This document shows positions 21,252 to 31,406 of a stretch of DNA of 56,340 nt, piece after piece. The notes beneath the pieces are model-generated. The model was given only the letters and a program-made list of their open reading frames with translations, did not search any database and was not told where the DNA came from. Each line of letters begins with the position of its first letter. Positions within the stretch are counted from its first letter, which is position 1. Made by a program: the position numbers and the translations under genes. Source of the stretch: Cyanobium sp. (GTDB taxonomy: Bacteria; Cyanobacteriota; Cyanobacteriia; PCC-6307; Cyanobiaceae); assembly GCA_049426205.1 (NCBI GenBank), contig JBMSXZ010000001.1, positions 1 to 56,340 of the forward strand, written 5' to 3'.

Positions 21252-23288
21252 GTGGCGGCTTCGGCGCTGCGGCGGCCTCTGAGCGCCTCCCGGGTGGTGG
21301 GGGCAACGCCGGTCTGGTCCGAGCCGCGGCTGCAGGGCGGCCGGCTGTTCTGGCTGGAGCGCCGCCCCGGCGAAGGGGGCCGCACCACCCTGCTCTGCAG
21401 GCCCCTGGACGATCTGACCCAGGAGGCCGCAGCCGGTCGGGAGATCGTGCCGGCGACGGCGGATCTGCGCAGCCGCGTGCACGACTACGGCGGTGGGGCC
21501 TATTGCCTCGGCGGCGACGCATCCGGTCGCACCACGGTGGTGTGGGTGAACGACCGGGACCGGGCCCTGTGGTGCCTGGAGCTGCCTCCCCTGGCGGAGC
21601 CGGAGGATGCCACCGACCCGAGGCCACTCACCGCGGCCGATCCGGCGCGGCGCTTCGCCGATGGCCTGATCGACCCGCTGCGACAGCGCTGGATCGGCGT
21701 GCTCGAGCAAGGCGAGGCGGAGGCGCTGGTGGCCGTTCCGCTCGCGGGCGGAGAGCCGCTGCCCCTGCGCGACCCCGCCGACTTCTGCGGCTACGCCACC
21801 CTCAGCCCCTCGGGGAGCCACCTGGCCTGGGTCGAATGGCAGCGGCCCTGGATGCCCTGGGAGCGCAGCCAGCTCTGGCTGGGCCGCCTGACGGCGACGG
21901 GGGAGCTGGTGGAGGTGCGGGCGATCGCCGGCTCCGGCCCCGGGGATGGGGCAGACCTTTCGATCTTCCAACCGCTCTGGATCCCCAGCGCCGCCGGTCC
22001 CGCCGCCCTGGTGGTGGCCTGCGACCGCAGCGGCTGGTGGAACCTCGAACGGCTGGAGGCCGCCGAGGCCCTGGGGCCGGAGACGGCACCCCAGTGGCGG
22101 CCCCTGTTCCCCCAGGAGGCGGAGTTCGCCCTGCCCCAGTGGGTCTACGGAATGCGGAGCTGCGCCTGGGATGGGGAGGCGCTGGTGGCGATGGCCTGCC
22201 GCCAGGGGCGCTGGGACCTGGGAAGGCTGGCGCTTCACCGCCCTGGCGACGGCAGCACGGACAGCGGTGGCGAGAGCTCAGCGTCCCCCGCCGCCGCCCC
22301 GGCCCCGGAGGCCCCGAACCCCGATCGCCACGGAACCTGGGAGCTCCTGGCCCCAGCCTTCGACGACCTCGGCGCCGTGGTGGCCGAGGCGGGGCGGGTG
22401 GTGGCCCTGGCCGCCTCCCCCTGCGACCCCAGCGGCCTGCTGGAGATCGATCAAGCCAGCGGGCGCTGGCGCCACAGCCCCGCCAGCCCCCGGCCCCTGC
22501 CCGTTGAGGCGATCAGCCGGCCGGAGCCGATCTGGTTTGAGCCGGAGCCGGGCCGGCCCACCCACGCCTGGTACTACCCGCCGCTTGGGGGAGCCCGGCC
22601 GGATGCGCCGCTGCTGCTGCGGGCCCACAGCGGCCCCACCGGCATGGCCCGCACCGGCCTGAACCTGGCGATCCAGTTCTGGACCAGCCGCGGCTGGGGG
22701 GTGCTCGATGTGAACTACGGCGGCTCCACCGGCTTCGGCAGGGCCTACCGGCAAAGGCTCGATGGCCGCTGGGGGGTGGTGGATGTGGCCGACTGCGCCG
22801 CCGCGGCCCGGGCCGTGGTGGAGAGCGGTCGGGCTGATCCCGAGCGGATCGCCATGGAGGGGGGCAGCGCCGCCGGCTTCACGGTGCTGGCCCTGCTCTG
22901 CGGCAGCGATGTGCTGGCGGCCGGGGCCTGCCGCTATGCCGTGGCCGACCTGGAGGCGATGGCACGCCAGACCCACCGCTTCGAGGCCCGCTATCTCGAT
23001 CGGCTGGTGGGGCCGTGGCCGGAGGCGGCGGCCACCTACCGGGAGCGCTCGCCCCTGGGCCGGGCCGCCGCGATCACGGCGCCGGTGATCTTCTTCCAGG
23101 GCCTCGACGACCGGGTGGTGCCGCCCGATCAGACCGAGCGGATGGCCTTGAGCCTGGGGGAACGGGGCGTGCCGGTGGAGGTGCACCTGTTCCCCGGCGA
23201 GGGCCATGGCTTCCGCGACGGCGCCGTGCAACAGCGGGTGCTGGAGGCCACCGAGGCCTTCTTCCGGCGCCACCTGGGGCTGGACTGA
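21252..23288 (+). CDS. S9 prolyl oligopeptidase family serine peptidase
   Basis: RSRVHDYGGG, VNYGGSTGFG, GGSAAG nucleophile elbow, DRVVPP, EGHGF. Confidence 0.92.
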   Translation: MAASALRRPLSASRVVGATPVWSEPRLQGGRLFWLERRPGEGGRTTLLCRPLDDLTQEAAAGREIVPATADLRSRVHDYGGGAYCLGGDASGRTTVVWVNDRDRALWCLELPPLAEPEDATDPRPLTAADPARRFADGLIDPLRQRWIGVLEQGEAEALVAVPLAGGEPLPLRDPADFCGYATLSPSGSHLAWVEWQRPWMPWERSQLWLGRLTATGELVEVRAIAGSGPGDGADLSIFQPLWIPSAAGPAALVVACDRSGWWNLERLEAAEALGPETAPQWRPLFPQEAEFALPQWVYGMRSCAWDGEALVAMACRQGRWDLGRLALHRPGDGSTDSGGESSASPAAAPAPEAPNPDRHGTWELLAPAFDDLGAVVAEAGRVVALAASPCDPSGLLEIDQASGRWRHSPASPRPLPVEAISRPEPIWFEPEPGRPTHAWYYPPLGGARPDAPLLLRAHSGPTGMARTGLNLAIQFWTSRGWGVLDVNYGGSTGFGRAYRQRLDGRWGVVDVADCAAAARAVVESGRADPERIAMEGGSAAGFTVLALLCGSDVLAAGACRYAVADLEAMARQTHRFEARYLDRLVGPWPEAAATYRERSPLGRAAAITAPVIFFQGLDDRVVPPDQTERMALSLGERGVPVEVHLFPGEGHGFRDGAVQQRVLEATEAFFRRHLGLD

Positions 23289-23309
23289 CGCCACGGGCTG
23301 ACCGTCTGC

Positions 23310-23332
23310 GGGTCTGGGTCTGGGTCTGGGTC
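23310..23332 (+). repeat. Intergenic hexamer microsatellite (GGGTCT)~4
   Basis: gggtct gggtct gggtct gggtc. Confidence 0.7.
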
Positions 23333-23415
23333 GCCTTCAGAGCCGGCCAGGCGCAAGGATTGGCGGCAACGCGGCATGGCGCTTGGCCCCACTCCTTTTC
23401 GCCGTCGCCGCTGGA

Positions 23416-24990
23416 ATGACCCTGCCCGCGCCCCCCCCCGCCGCCACGGCCGCCGCGGCGACCATCGCCGCCCCTGCGAGCACCGGCCCCCTGGACTGGG
23501 CCCTGGCCCTGCTGGCCCTGGCGGTGCTGCTGGCCCTGGGCACGGGCCTGGGCCGGGTGCTGGGCAGCCGCAGCTGGGGGGTGCCCGAGGCCCTGATCGC
23601 CGGCGCCCTCGGTCTGCTGCTGGCCCCCGCAGGCCCGCTGCCGCTGCTGCCCCAGGCGGTGATCGCCGTGTGGGAGCAGCTGCCGCTGATCCTGCTGACC
23701 CTGGTGTTCGGCACCCTGCTGCTGGGCAAGCCCCTGCCCCAGGCGGCCCAGCTGTGGCGTCCGCTCTCGGCCCAGCTGCTGCTCGCCCTCACCCTGGCCT
23801 TCGGCCAATACCTGGTGGCGGCGCTGGTGGTGCTGGCCCTCTCCAGCCGGCTGGGGGGTCTCCACCCCCTGCTCGCCTGTCTGATCGAGGTGGCCTATGA
23901 GGGCGGCCACGGTTCGGCGGCCGCCATGGGCCCGACCTACGCCCGGCTGGGCTTCCCCGGCGGCGAGGCCCTGGGCCTGGCGATGGCCACGGTTGGACTG
24001 CTCAGCTCCACCTTGGTCGGAGGTGTGGTGGTGGTGCTGGCGCGGCGGTTCGGCTGGCTGGCGGCGGCAGCGCCGGCACCGGCGGGCGGGGAAGCGGCGA
24101 CGGCTGGGGCGGTGGCTGCCCCAGCGGCTGCTGCGGCGCCAGGCGCGGTTGGCGGAGCGGCAGGGGCTGGCGGAGAAGCAGAGGCGACGGGCGGAGCACC
24201 GGGCGCGGCTGGACGGCCGGCAACGGCCGGCGACGGGGCGGCGGCCAGCGACGCGGTGCCTGCAAGCGCACCGGTGGCCCGGGCCGGCGGCGGCGCGGCG
24301 GCGGCCTGGGCCCGGAACCTCGCCCTGACGGGCCTGGCGGTGGCGCTCGGCTGGGTCGCCCTGGCGGGCCTGCAGCTGCTGGGCCGCACGGTCGGCGGCG
24401 GCTTCGGCAGCCTGACCGCCGCCTTTCCGGTCTTCCCGCTGGCGATCATCGGCTCACTGCTGGTGCGCCTGGCCCTGGAGCGCAGCGGCCGGAGCGCCTG
24501 GGCATCGGCGCCGATCCAGGGGCTGGTGGCCACCCTCTCCGCCGATCTGCTGATCACCGCCGCCACCGCCTGCCTCGATCTGTCCCTGCTCGCCCACGAC
24601 TGGCTGCCCCTGACCGCCCTGGCGGTGGCTGGCCTGGTCTGGAATCTGGCGGTGGTGCTGCTGCTCGGACCGCGGATCCTGCCGAGCCCCTGGTTCGAGC
24701 GCGGCATCCTCGAGTTCGGCCAGGCGACCGGGGTGGCGGCCAGCGGCCTGCTGCTGCTGCGCATGGCCGATCCCCACGACCAGGCCGATGCCCTGCCGGC
24801 CTTCTCGATCAAGCAGCTGCTGCTGCAACCCCTGATCGCCGGAGGGGTGATCACCGTGGTGGCTCCGCTGGCGATCACCAGCCTGGGGCTGCCGCTCTGG
24901 AGCGGCCTCTGCCTGCTGCTGGTGCTCCTCTGGATCGGCCTGGCCCTGCTGCTGGCCCGCCGGCCGGCCGAAGCCTCGGCTGCGGGGTGA
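23416..24990 (+). CDS. Sodium/glutamate symporter (GltS family)
   Basis: Multi-TM; 'EGGHGSAAAM', 'AMATVGL', 'FGQATGVAASGLLLLRMADP'; Ala/Gly-rich loop insertion. Confidence 0.82.
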   Translation: MTLPAPPPAATAAAATIAAPASTGPLDWALALLALAVLLALGTGLGRVLGSRSWGVPEALIAGALGLLLAPAGPLPLLPQAVIAVWEQLPLILLTLVFGTLLLGKPLPQAAQLWRPLSAQLLLALTLAFGQYLVAALVVLALSSRLGGLHPLLACLIEVAYEGGHGSAAAMGPTYARLGFPGGEALGLAMATVGLLSSTLVGGVVVVLARRFGWLAAAAPAPAGGEAATAGAVAAPAAAAAPGAVGGAAGAGGEAEATGGAPGAAGRPATAGDGAAASDAVPASAPVARAGGGAAAAWARNLALTGLAVALGWVALAGLQLLGRTVGGGFGSLTAAFPVFPLAIIGSLLVRLALERSGRSAWASAPIQGLVATLSADLLITAATACLDLSLLAHDWLPLTALAVAGLVWNLAVVLLLGPRILPSPWFERGILEFGQATGVAASGLLLLRMADPHDQADALPAFSIKQLLLQPLIAGGVITVVAPLAITSLGLPLWSGLCLLLVLLWIGLALLLARRPAEASAAG

Positions 24991-24993
24991 GGC

Positions 24994-27129
24994 TCAGCGC
25001 ACCATCGCCGCCACATTGCCGCCATCGACGGTGAGCAGGGCGCCGGTGGTGCGTTCCATCAGGGCCAGGGCCACGAAAGCCTCGGCCACATCCTCGGCCC
25101 GCACCTCCTCGCCGAGCAGATTGCCGCCCATGTACTCGGCCTCACTGAGGCCCCGGGCGGCGGCCCGCTCGTGGATCATCGCCTCGGTGAGCAGTCCGGA
25201 GCGGATTCGATCGGCGTTGATCGCATTCACCCGGATGCCCGCGGCCCCCTCCTCCAGGGCGTACTGGCGCACCAGGGCGAGCAGGGCGGCCTTGCTGGTG
25301 CCGTAGGCGCCGAAGCCGGGCCCGGGGTTGAGGGCCTGCTTGCTGACGTTGAACAACAGCTGGCCGCCGAGCCGCTGGGACGGGGAGGATGCCGTGCCGT
25401 CGGGTTGGGCGTCCTGGGCGCGGAACAGGGCCAGGGCCGCCTGGGCGACGCGCTGGTGGGAAAAGAAATTGAGCTCGAAGCTGGCCCGCAGCTCGGCCTC
25501 GGGCAGCTCGGCCATCCGCCCGCCCCAGGCGGCACCGGCGTTGCTGACCACGATGTCGAGGCCGCCGAAGCGGGCAGCCACCGCCGCGAAGGCAGCGGCG
25601 ACCTGAACCGGATCGAGCAGATCGCAGGCCAGGCCCAGGGCCCGCCCGCCGCAGCTGGCGGCCACCGCCACCGCCGCCGGCTCATCGCGATCGAGCACCG
25701 CCAGATCGGCACCCCGGGCGGCGAAGGCGCGGGCGGTGGCGGCGCCGATCGCCCCGGCCCCGCCGGTCACCAGCACCACGGTGCGAGCCAGGGGCTTCTC
25801 GGCGGCCTTGCCGAGCTTGGCCTGCTCCAGGCTCCAGTACTCCATCGCGAAGGTGTCCGCCTCCCCCACCGGCGCGAAGCGACCGATGCTCTCAGCCGCC
25901 AGCAGGGTGGTGGCCCAGGCCTCGGCGATGTCGGCGGTGACGGCCGCATCGGCGGCGGAACGGCCCAGGCCCACCAGCCCCAGGCCAGGGATCGCCACCA
26001 GCCGCGGCAGGGGATCGAGGGGCTTCTTGATGCCGCCCACGCGGGCGTTCTGGCGATCGAAGCAGGCCTTGTAATCCTCGGCGTAGGCGGCCAGGGCGGG
26101 GTCGAGGGCGGCGCACCAGGCCTCCAGGGCAGCGCCATCGCCATCGGCGGGGGCGGGCGGCAGCACCAGGGGATGGGCCTTGGTGCGGATCACATGGTCG
26201 GGGGTGGCGACGCCGCGGCGGGCCCAGTCATCGAGGCGCAGGTCGTCGCTGACCGAACGGACCAGGGGCGTGTCGCGCAGGTCGAGCAGCCAGTGGCGGC
26301 GCACCCCGGCCGCCGCCGCCGCCCGCCCGATCGCCCCCCGCAGCAGGGGCAGCAGCCGGGAGGCGGGCGCCGAGCGGGCCGCAAGAACCGCCGGCTGCAG
26401 GGCGCGCTGGCCGCTGGCCAGGTGCTCCTCGGCCAGCCGCACCAGGGCAATCATCCGCTCATAGCTCTGCTTCGCCGTGGCGCCGAAGGAGAACAGGCCG
26501 TGCTGCAGCAGCACCATCCCCTCCAGCTCCACGCCGCTGGCGGCGGCCCGTTCGGCGGCCTGCTCATAGAGATCGGCGCAGGCCTTGGCCAGGGCGAAGC
26601 CGGGCATCACATAGGGCACCAGCACCACCCGCTCGCCGAAGACGCGGCGGCAGACCTCCGCCGCATCGGGCTGGTCGGCCAGGGCCAGCAGGGCCGAAGA
26701 ATGGGTGTGGTCGACGAAGGTGTGGGGCAGGAAGGCATGCAGCAACGCCTCCACCGAGGGATTGGGGGCGGCCGGATCGATCAGGTTGTTGCGCTGGGCC
26801 GCCACCATCGCCTCATCGCTGAGCGCCTCCAGGGTCCGCAGGGCCCGCAGCGGTTCGAGCCGCACGGCCGGATGGCCCGGCGGTTCGATCGTGGCCAGAT
26901 CCCAGCCCGATCCTTTGACGCAGAGCACCGGGATCGTCTCGCCGAGCAGGCCGGTGACGGTGGTCTTGACCGAGGTGTTGCCGCCTCCGTGGAGCACCAG
27001 CTGGGGGTCGGCGCCGAGCAGGCGGGCCGAATAGGTGCGCAGGGCCAGGGCTTCGCCGATGCCCTGGGCGCCGTAGTCGGCGACCGCCGCGGCCGCGTCG
27101 GCATCGGACCAGCGGTTGAGCACGGGCAT
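24994..27129 (-). CDS. Bifunctional class II aldolase / short-chain dehydrogenase
   Basis: LVLHGGGNTSVK, VKGSGWDL, PSVEALLHA, DHTH, TPDHVIRTK, EYWSLEQAKL, then SDR TGGAGAIG, NAG, YGTSK. Confidence 0.92.
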   Translation of the reverse strand: MPVLNRWSDADAAAAVADYGAQGIGEALALRTYSARLLGADPQLVLHGGGNTSVKTTVTGLLGETIPVLCVKGSGWDLATIEPPGHPAVRLEPLRALRTLEALSDEAMVAAQRNNLIDPAAPNPSVEALLHAFLPHTFVDHTHSSALLALADQPDAAEVCRRVFGERVVLVPYVMPGFALAKACADLYEQAAERAAASGVELEGMVLLQHGLFSFGATAKQSYERMIALVRLAEEHLASGQRALQPAVLAARSAPASRLLPLLRGAIGRAAAAAGVRRHWLLDLRDTPLVRSVSDDLRLDDWARRGVATPDHVIRTKAHPLVLPPAPADGDGAALEAWCAALDPALAAYAEDYKACFDRQNARVGGIKKPLDPLPRLVAIPGLGLVGLGRSAADAAVTADIAEAWATTLLAAESIGRFAPVGEADTFAMEYWSLEQAKLGKAAEKPLARTVVLVTGGAGAIGAATARAFAARGADLAVLDRDEPAAVAVAASCGGRALGLACDLLDPVQVAAAFAAVAARFGGLDIVVSNAGAAWGGRMAELPEAELRASFELNFFSHQRVAQAALALFRAQDAQPDGTASSPSQRLGGQLLFNVSKQALNPGPGFGAYGTSKAALLALVRQYALEEGAAGIRVNAINADRIRSGLLTEAMIHERAAARGLSEAEYMGGNLLGEEVRAEDVAEAFVALALMERTTGALLTVDGGNVAAMVR

Positions 27130-27258
27130 GGGGCGGCTGGAGCGGATGGGGGGAAGGCTACGAGCCCCGCCGCGGCGCACCCCAGCCGGCCCCCTCAGGC
27201 CAGGCCCGCCTCCCTCAGCGCCAGGGCCGCCGTCCCCGCTCCTGGACCGGGCCGCACC

Positions 27259-27654
27259 TCACTCGGGGCAGGAGCGCCAACCCTCGGCGAAGGGGGCCTC
27301 GGCCTCCAGACGGGCGGCGATGCGGTCGGCCAGATCGGATTGCAGCAGGGCCACCGCCAGACCGGTGGCCACCCGGGCGGCCACGCCGCGCACCTGCTCC
27401 GCTGACGGGGCGTCGCCCCCGGCGGCGCTTCGCTGCAGGGCGCTGGCGGTGCGTTCGGCGATCGCCTCCAGCAGCGACGGGCCCAGCAGCTCACCGTGCA
27501 ACAACCCGTCCAGCACCGCCGCCTCGACAGCGCCGGTTTCGGGGGTTGGGGCGACCACGCAGGGGCGGGAGGCGGCCGCCGGGACCAGCACCAGCGGTGC
27601 GCCCGGGCCGCCCGAACGGCGCTGGGGGCCAGAGAGGGGTTGCTCAAGAAGCAT
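27259..27654 (-). CDS. Hypothetical protein
   Basis: Ala/Leu-rich helical ORF filling the gap upstream of the aldolase. Confidence 0.45.
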   Translation of the reverse strand: MLLEQPLSGPQRRSGGPGAPLVLVPAAASRPCVVAPTPETGAVEAAVLDGLLHGELLGPSLLEAIAERTASALQRSAAGGDAPSAEQVRGVAARVATGLAVALLQSDLADRIAARLEAEAPFAEGWRSCPE

Positions 27655-27874
27655 CCCGGCTTGCTGCGGAGACCTCTGGATGCTGTCGCAGGGTCTGGGA
27701 TCCCGCCAGCGGCGGCCGGTGCGGATCCCGCAACCGGGCGGGGTGCGGCGGCGGCCCCGGCAGGGGGAGTCACCAGGCGGCAACGCGGGTCAGATCCCAA
27801 GGCCCTCGCTACGGTTCGGGAACCGGTTTTGGCGCGCGCCACCGAAACCCTTTTCTCCCTGCCTTGACTCCGCC

Positions 27875-28771
27875 ATGGCCCTGCGCACGCTGCTGTTCCT
27901 GATCACCAACCTGGCGGTGGTGCTCACGATCTCGCTGATCCTCAACCTGCTCACCGCCCTGGGGCTGCTGCCGCCGGATCTGCCCCTGCTGCCGCTGTTG
28001 GTGGGCAGCTTCGCCTGGGGTCTGCTGGGGTCGTGGATCTCCCTGCAATTCTCGGCGGAATCGGCAAAGCGAATGATGGGCATCCAGCTGGTCGGCCAGG
28101 GCGGCAGCTCGGCCGAGCGCTGGCTGGAGAGCACCGTGGCCCAGCTGGCCCAGCGGGCCGGGCTGCCGATGCCGGAGGTGGGCATCTACGGCTCGCCGGA
28201 ATGGAACGCCTTCGCCACCGGCCCCTCCCCGAACCGGGCCCTGGTGGCGGTCTCGACCGGCATCCTGCAGGGGATGCCGCCGGAGGAGCTGGAGGCCGTG
28301 CTCGCCCATGAGCTGAGCCATGTCGGCAACGGCGACATGGTGACGATGACCCTCCTGCAGGGCGTGATCAATGCCTTCGTGATGTTCCTGTCGCGGGCGG
28401 TGGCCTTCCTGCTGCCCCGCGGCGATCGCGAGGATGGCCGCGGCATGGCCCCACCGCCGACGATGCTGCTGATCTGGCCCCTGGAGGTGCTGCTGGGGGT
28501 TCTGGGGTCCCTGATCACCGCCTGGTTTTCGCGCCACCGGGAGTTCCGGGCCGATGCCGGCGCCGCCCGTCTGACCAGCCCCGGGGCAATGGTGGGTGCC
28601 CTGCAGAGCCTGGGGCAGGTGGTGAACCTGCAGGATCCCCGCGACGAACCCACCCTGGCCACCCTGAAGATCTCCGAGCCGCCTGGATTCCTGCGCCTGT
28701 TCGCCAGCCACCCGCCGATCGAGGCCCGGATCCGGGCCCTGCGGGAGGCCTCCAGCCAGGGGCACAGCTGA
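27875..28771 (+). CDS. htpX: Protease HtpX (M48 zinc metalloprotease)
   Basis: NAFATG, AHELSH, NGDMVTMTL, FSRHREFRAD, ASHPP; ATG at 27875. Confidence 0.95.
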   Translation: MALRTLLFLITNLAVVLTISLILNLLTALGLLPPDLPLLPLLVGSFAWGLLGSWISLQFSAESAKRMMGIQLVGQGGSSAERWLESTVAQLAQRAGLPMPEVGIYGSPEWNAFATGPSPNRALVAVSTGILQGMPPEELEAVLAHELSHVGNGDMVTMTLLQGVINAFVMFLSRAVAFLLPRGDREDGRGMAPPPTMLLIWPLEVLLGVLGSLITAWFSRHREFRADAGAARLTSPGAMVGALQSLGQVVNLQDPRDEPTLATLKISEPPGFLRLFASHPPIEARIRALREASSQGHS

Positions 28772-28874
28772 CGGCGGCGGCCTCAGCGGCGTCCGACCAC
28801 CTGGGTGAGACCAGCCGCCGGCCGGATGACTCGCCCAAACCCCATCAACCGTTGAGTCGCACAAACCCAAGCGC

Positions 28875-29897
28875 ATGAAAGCGATCGCGGCCTACGGCGG
28901 AGCCAGCGGCGCCGATCCCGGCGTGTTCGAGCTGATCGAGCTGCCGCCACCATCGCCCGGCCCCGACGATCTGCTGGTGCGGGTCGAAGCCCTGGCCGTC
29001 AATCCGGTCGATACCAAGGTGCGGAGCAGCCTGCCGGGGCGGGATGGCGGCGGCGGGCCACGGCTGCTGGGCTGGGATGCCGCCGGCGTGGTGGAGGCCG
29101 TGGGCCCCGCCGTGCGCCGCCTGGCGGTGGGGGATCGGGTCTGGTTCGCGGGTGATATCAGCCGGCCCGGTTGCTATGCCGAGCAGGTGCTGGTGGAGGA
29201 GGCGATCTGTGCGCCGCGGCCCGCCAACCTGACGGCGGCGGAGGCGGCGGCCCTGCCGCTCACCGGCCTCACCGCCTGGGAGGCGCTGTTCGAGCGGCTG
29301 GGGCTCGATCCGCAGGGTGCCGACCGGGACCGCAGCCTGCTGATCCTCGGGGGGGCCGGTGGGGTGGGTTCGATCGCCATCCAGCTGGCCCGCCGGGCGG
29401 GGCTGCGGGTGATCGCCACCGCCTCCCGGCCCGAAAGCAGGGCCTGGTGCGAGGCGATGGGCGCCAGCGCTGTGGTGGATCACCGCCAGCCCCTGCCGCC
29501 CCAGCTGGCCGCCCTCGGCTGCCCCACGGTGGAGGCGATCGCCAATTTCAGCGACACCGACGCCTACTGGTCGGTGATGGCCGAGCTGATCCGTCCCCAG
29601 GGCTCGATCGTGGCGATCGTGGGGAACCGGGGGCCTTTGGATCTCAACCTGCTCAAGGCCAAGAGCGCCAGCTTCCACTGGGAGTTCATGTTCACCAGGC
29701 CCCAGTGCCGCACCCCGGACCGGGGCGAGCAGGGGGAGATTCTGAGGCGGTTGGCGGCGGCGGTGGAGGCCGGGGAGCTGCGCACCACCCTCACCACCCT
29801 GCTCAGCCCGATCAGCCCGGCCAACCTGGCCCAGGCCCACGGCCGCCTGGAGGAGGGCCGCTGCATCGGCAAGATCGTGCTGGAGGGGTGGGCCTGA
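28875..29897 (+). CDS. Zinc-binding alcohol dehydrogenase / quinone oxidoreductase family protein
   Basis: VNPVDTKVR, GWDAAG, GGAGGVGS, WEFMFTR. Confidence 0.9.
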   Translation: MKAIAAYGGASGADPGVFELIELPPPSPGPDDLLVRVEALAVNPVDTKVRSSLPGRDGGGGPRLLGWDAAGVVEAVGPAVRRLAVGDRVWFAGDISRPGCYAEQVLVEEAICAPRPANLTAAEAAALPLTGLTAWEALFERLGLDPQGADRDRSLLILGGAGGVGSIAIQLARRAGLRVIATASRPESRAWCEAMGASAVVDHRQPLPPQLAALGCPTVEAIANFSDTDAYWSVMAELIRPQGSIVAIVGNRGPLDLNLLKAKSASFHWEFMFTRPQCRTPDRGEQGEILRRLAAAVEAGELRTTLTTLLSPISPANLAQAHGRLEEGRCIGKIVLEGWA

Positions 29898-29915
29898 GCA
29901 CCGGCCGCCAAGCCC

Positions 29916-31184
29916 TCAGCGGCTGGCCACCAGCACCCGGTGGCGGGGGTCGGCGGCGGCGCGGCGGACGCCGTGGAAGCCGGCCTGGCGCAGGGCTTCG
30001 GGGAGATCGAGGCGGAAGTAATCCTCCAGGTAGGGCTCGGTGCTCTTGAGCAGGGTGGCCACCGGAGCCGGCAGGCGGCGGATCACGGCCGAATCGGGGT
30101 CCTGATCGACCAGGGCGATCACACCGCCGGGTCGCAGCAGGCGGGCCGCCTCCGCCAGCACGGCCCGGGTGGCCGCCTGGGGCAGCTCATGGCAGACGAA
30201 CTGGAGGGTGATCAGGTCGTAGGTGGCGCCAGGCAGACCGGTGGCCTCGGCGGCGCCGTGGCGCCAGGTGATCGGGGCCGGCGAGGCGGCGGCCAGCGCG
30301 GCCGGGGCGGCGGCCGGGGCCTGGGCAGCCGTGGCGGCGGCCGGGGCGGCCAGCGCGGCCTGGGAAGCCGCCTGAAGCTCCGCCTCCCGCACCCGGGCCA
30401 CCGCCAGCATTTCGGGGGAGAGATCGAGGCCTTCGACCAGGGGGGCGGCCGCTCCCCTGGTCGGGCCAGCGGCGGCGGCGGCCCCGTTCCCGGCCGCCCC
30501 GGTGGGGCCCGCCCCGGCGGGGCCCGACCCGGTGGGGCCAGCGGCGGCGGCTTCGGCCTGGCGCTCCAGCAACCAGTCGCGCAGGGCGAGGGTGCCCACC
30601 CCCACCGAGCAGCCCAGATCCAGGGCGCGGTGCACCGGGCCCGCGAGGCTCGGCTCGATCGCCGCGAAAATTGCTCGCCGCAGGCGGCGCTGGGCGTCGG
30701 CCGGCTGCAGCTCAGGCTCCTCGGGCCAGACCCGCAGGGCCATGGCATCGGTGGCCTGTTCGGCCTCGCAGGCGGCGGCCCAGCAGAGGTTGCCGGCGTC
30801 GTAGGCGTGGAAGCGCACCCGGTAGTAGTCCGGAATCGTGACGGCCGGATCGGTGCTCTGGGCCAGCAGCGGTTCACCGGCCTGGAGCAGGGCCTCGCGG
30901 CGCTGGCGCCAGGCAATGCCACGGCCCTCGGCGGTGCGGATGATCAGGCGCCGGGCCTGCTGAAACAGCAGCCAGCGCAGCGGTTCGACCGCCAGCAGCC
31001 GGTTGATCAGCCAGCCGAGCGGATGGCGCGAGGCCACCCAATTGGGGGGCGGGGCGCTGGTGATCGGATCGCTGGTCATCGGATCGCTGGTCATCAGATC
31101 GGTGCTGATCGGATCACTGTTGATTGGATCACTATTGATTGGTTCACTGCTGATCGGTTCGCTGCTGAGCGGGGCCGCGGACAT
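29916..31184 (-). CDS. Class I SAM-dependent methyltransferase
   Basis: PDYYRVRFHAYDAGNL, LDLGCSVG, DLSPEML, HELP, LRPGG, KSTEPYL. Confidence 0.88.
   Translation of the reverse strand: MSAAPLSSEPISSEPINSDPINSDPISTDLMTSDPMTSDPITSAPPPNWVASRHPLGWLINRLLAVEPLRWLLFQQARRLIIRTAEGRGIAWRQRREALLQAGEPLLAQSTDPAVTIPDYYRVRFHAYDAGNLCWAAACEAEQATDAMALRVWPEEPELQPADAQRRLRRAIFAAIEPSLAGPVHRALDLGCSVGVGTLALRDWLLERQAEAAAAGPTGSGPAGAGPTGAAGNGAAAAAGPTRGAAAPLVEGLDLSPEMLAVARVREAELQAASQAALAAPAAATAAQAPAAAPAALAAASPAPITWRHGAAEATGLPGATYDLITLQFVCHELPQAATRAVLAEAARLLRPGGVIALVDQDPDSAVIRRLPAPVATLLKSTEPYLEDYFRLDLPEALRQAGFHGVRRAAADPRHRVLVASR
31051..31170 (-). repeat. 15-bp degenerate tandem repeat x8 encoding (S/T)SDP(I/M)-like pentapeptides
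   Basis: Units such as ggatcgctggtcatc, ggatcactgttgatt, ggttcactgctgatc. Confidence 0.85.
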
Positions 31185-31406
31185 GGGGAAGGCGGGTGCG
31201 GGGCAGGGCGGCTGGACCAGGCTAGGCAGGGCCCTGGGGCAAGCCCGGCCAGGGGAGCGGCGGCCTGGGGTGGTGCCGCTGGTTGATGGGCTGGTGAGGG
31301 GCAGGTGGTGGGCAGGTGGTTGGTTGGTTGGCGGGTGGGGCTCAGTTGGGGCTCAGGTGGGGCTCAGGTGGCTGACAGGGGATTGGCGGGGATTGGCAGG
31401 TGACGA

